From: Neocallimastix sp. 'constans' | Taxonomy: Eukaryota | Assembly (NCBI GenBank): GCA_050613775.1 | Contig: JBODTK010000128.1 | Coordinates: 186,001 to 250,000 of the forward strand | Length of the DNA stretch: 64,000 bases | Direction of reading: 5' to 3' | In this document: positions 63,915-64,000 of the stretch, one piece after another | Layout: every line of letters begins with the position of its first letter | Position numbering within the stretch: position 1 is the stretch's first letter | Notes under the pieces: model-generated | Seen by the model: only the letters and a program-made list of their open reading frames with translations | Databases searched by the model: none | Told to the model about the DNA's origin: nothing | Program-made: the position numbers and the translations under genes

Positions 63915-64000
63915 TTTTTTTTTAAATTTTTTTCAATTCTTGTTTATAATACAAACAATTACCATTATAAATAAATTTTGTATTATATATATATTTATTA

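Overview
Eukaryotic, extremely AT-rich, intron-containing DNA. The composition plus a CotH kinase fused to two fungal (CBM10-type) dockerins points to an anaerobic gut fungus (Neocallimastigomycota); this assignment is inferred. Hand-splicing gives nine host genes: CotH-dockerin (intronless); S8 subtilisin (3 exons, -); class I histone deacetylase (7 exons, including a 15-nt microexon); PP1 inhibitor-3/Ypi1 (2 exons, -); an expanded TANGO2/NRDE protein (2 exons); BUD23 (6 exons, -); a BRI3-like Cys-rich PPxY protein; a LamG-like protein (at least 3 exons); and a Topors-like RING E3 ligase (7 exons). Mobile DNA comprises a 3'-truncated Ty1/copia pol, a decayed 5'-truncated LINE, and a 131-bp poly(A)-tailed insertion with a 13-bp target-site duplication and three stacked hairpins. 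Most short ORFs in the supplied track are microsatellite or antisense artefacts. The best leads are the structured mini-retroelement (which shares a motif with the LINE relic), a GC-rich 30-codon ORF or structured island just downstream of YPI1, frequent poly(A)-AAG splice acceptors, and a run of three genes with ubiquitin-pathway signatures. No tRNA, rRNA or CRISPR array was seen, and no novel system can be claimed with confidence from sequence alone. All splice models and family calls were made by eye, without database searches.
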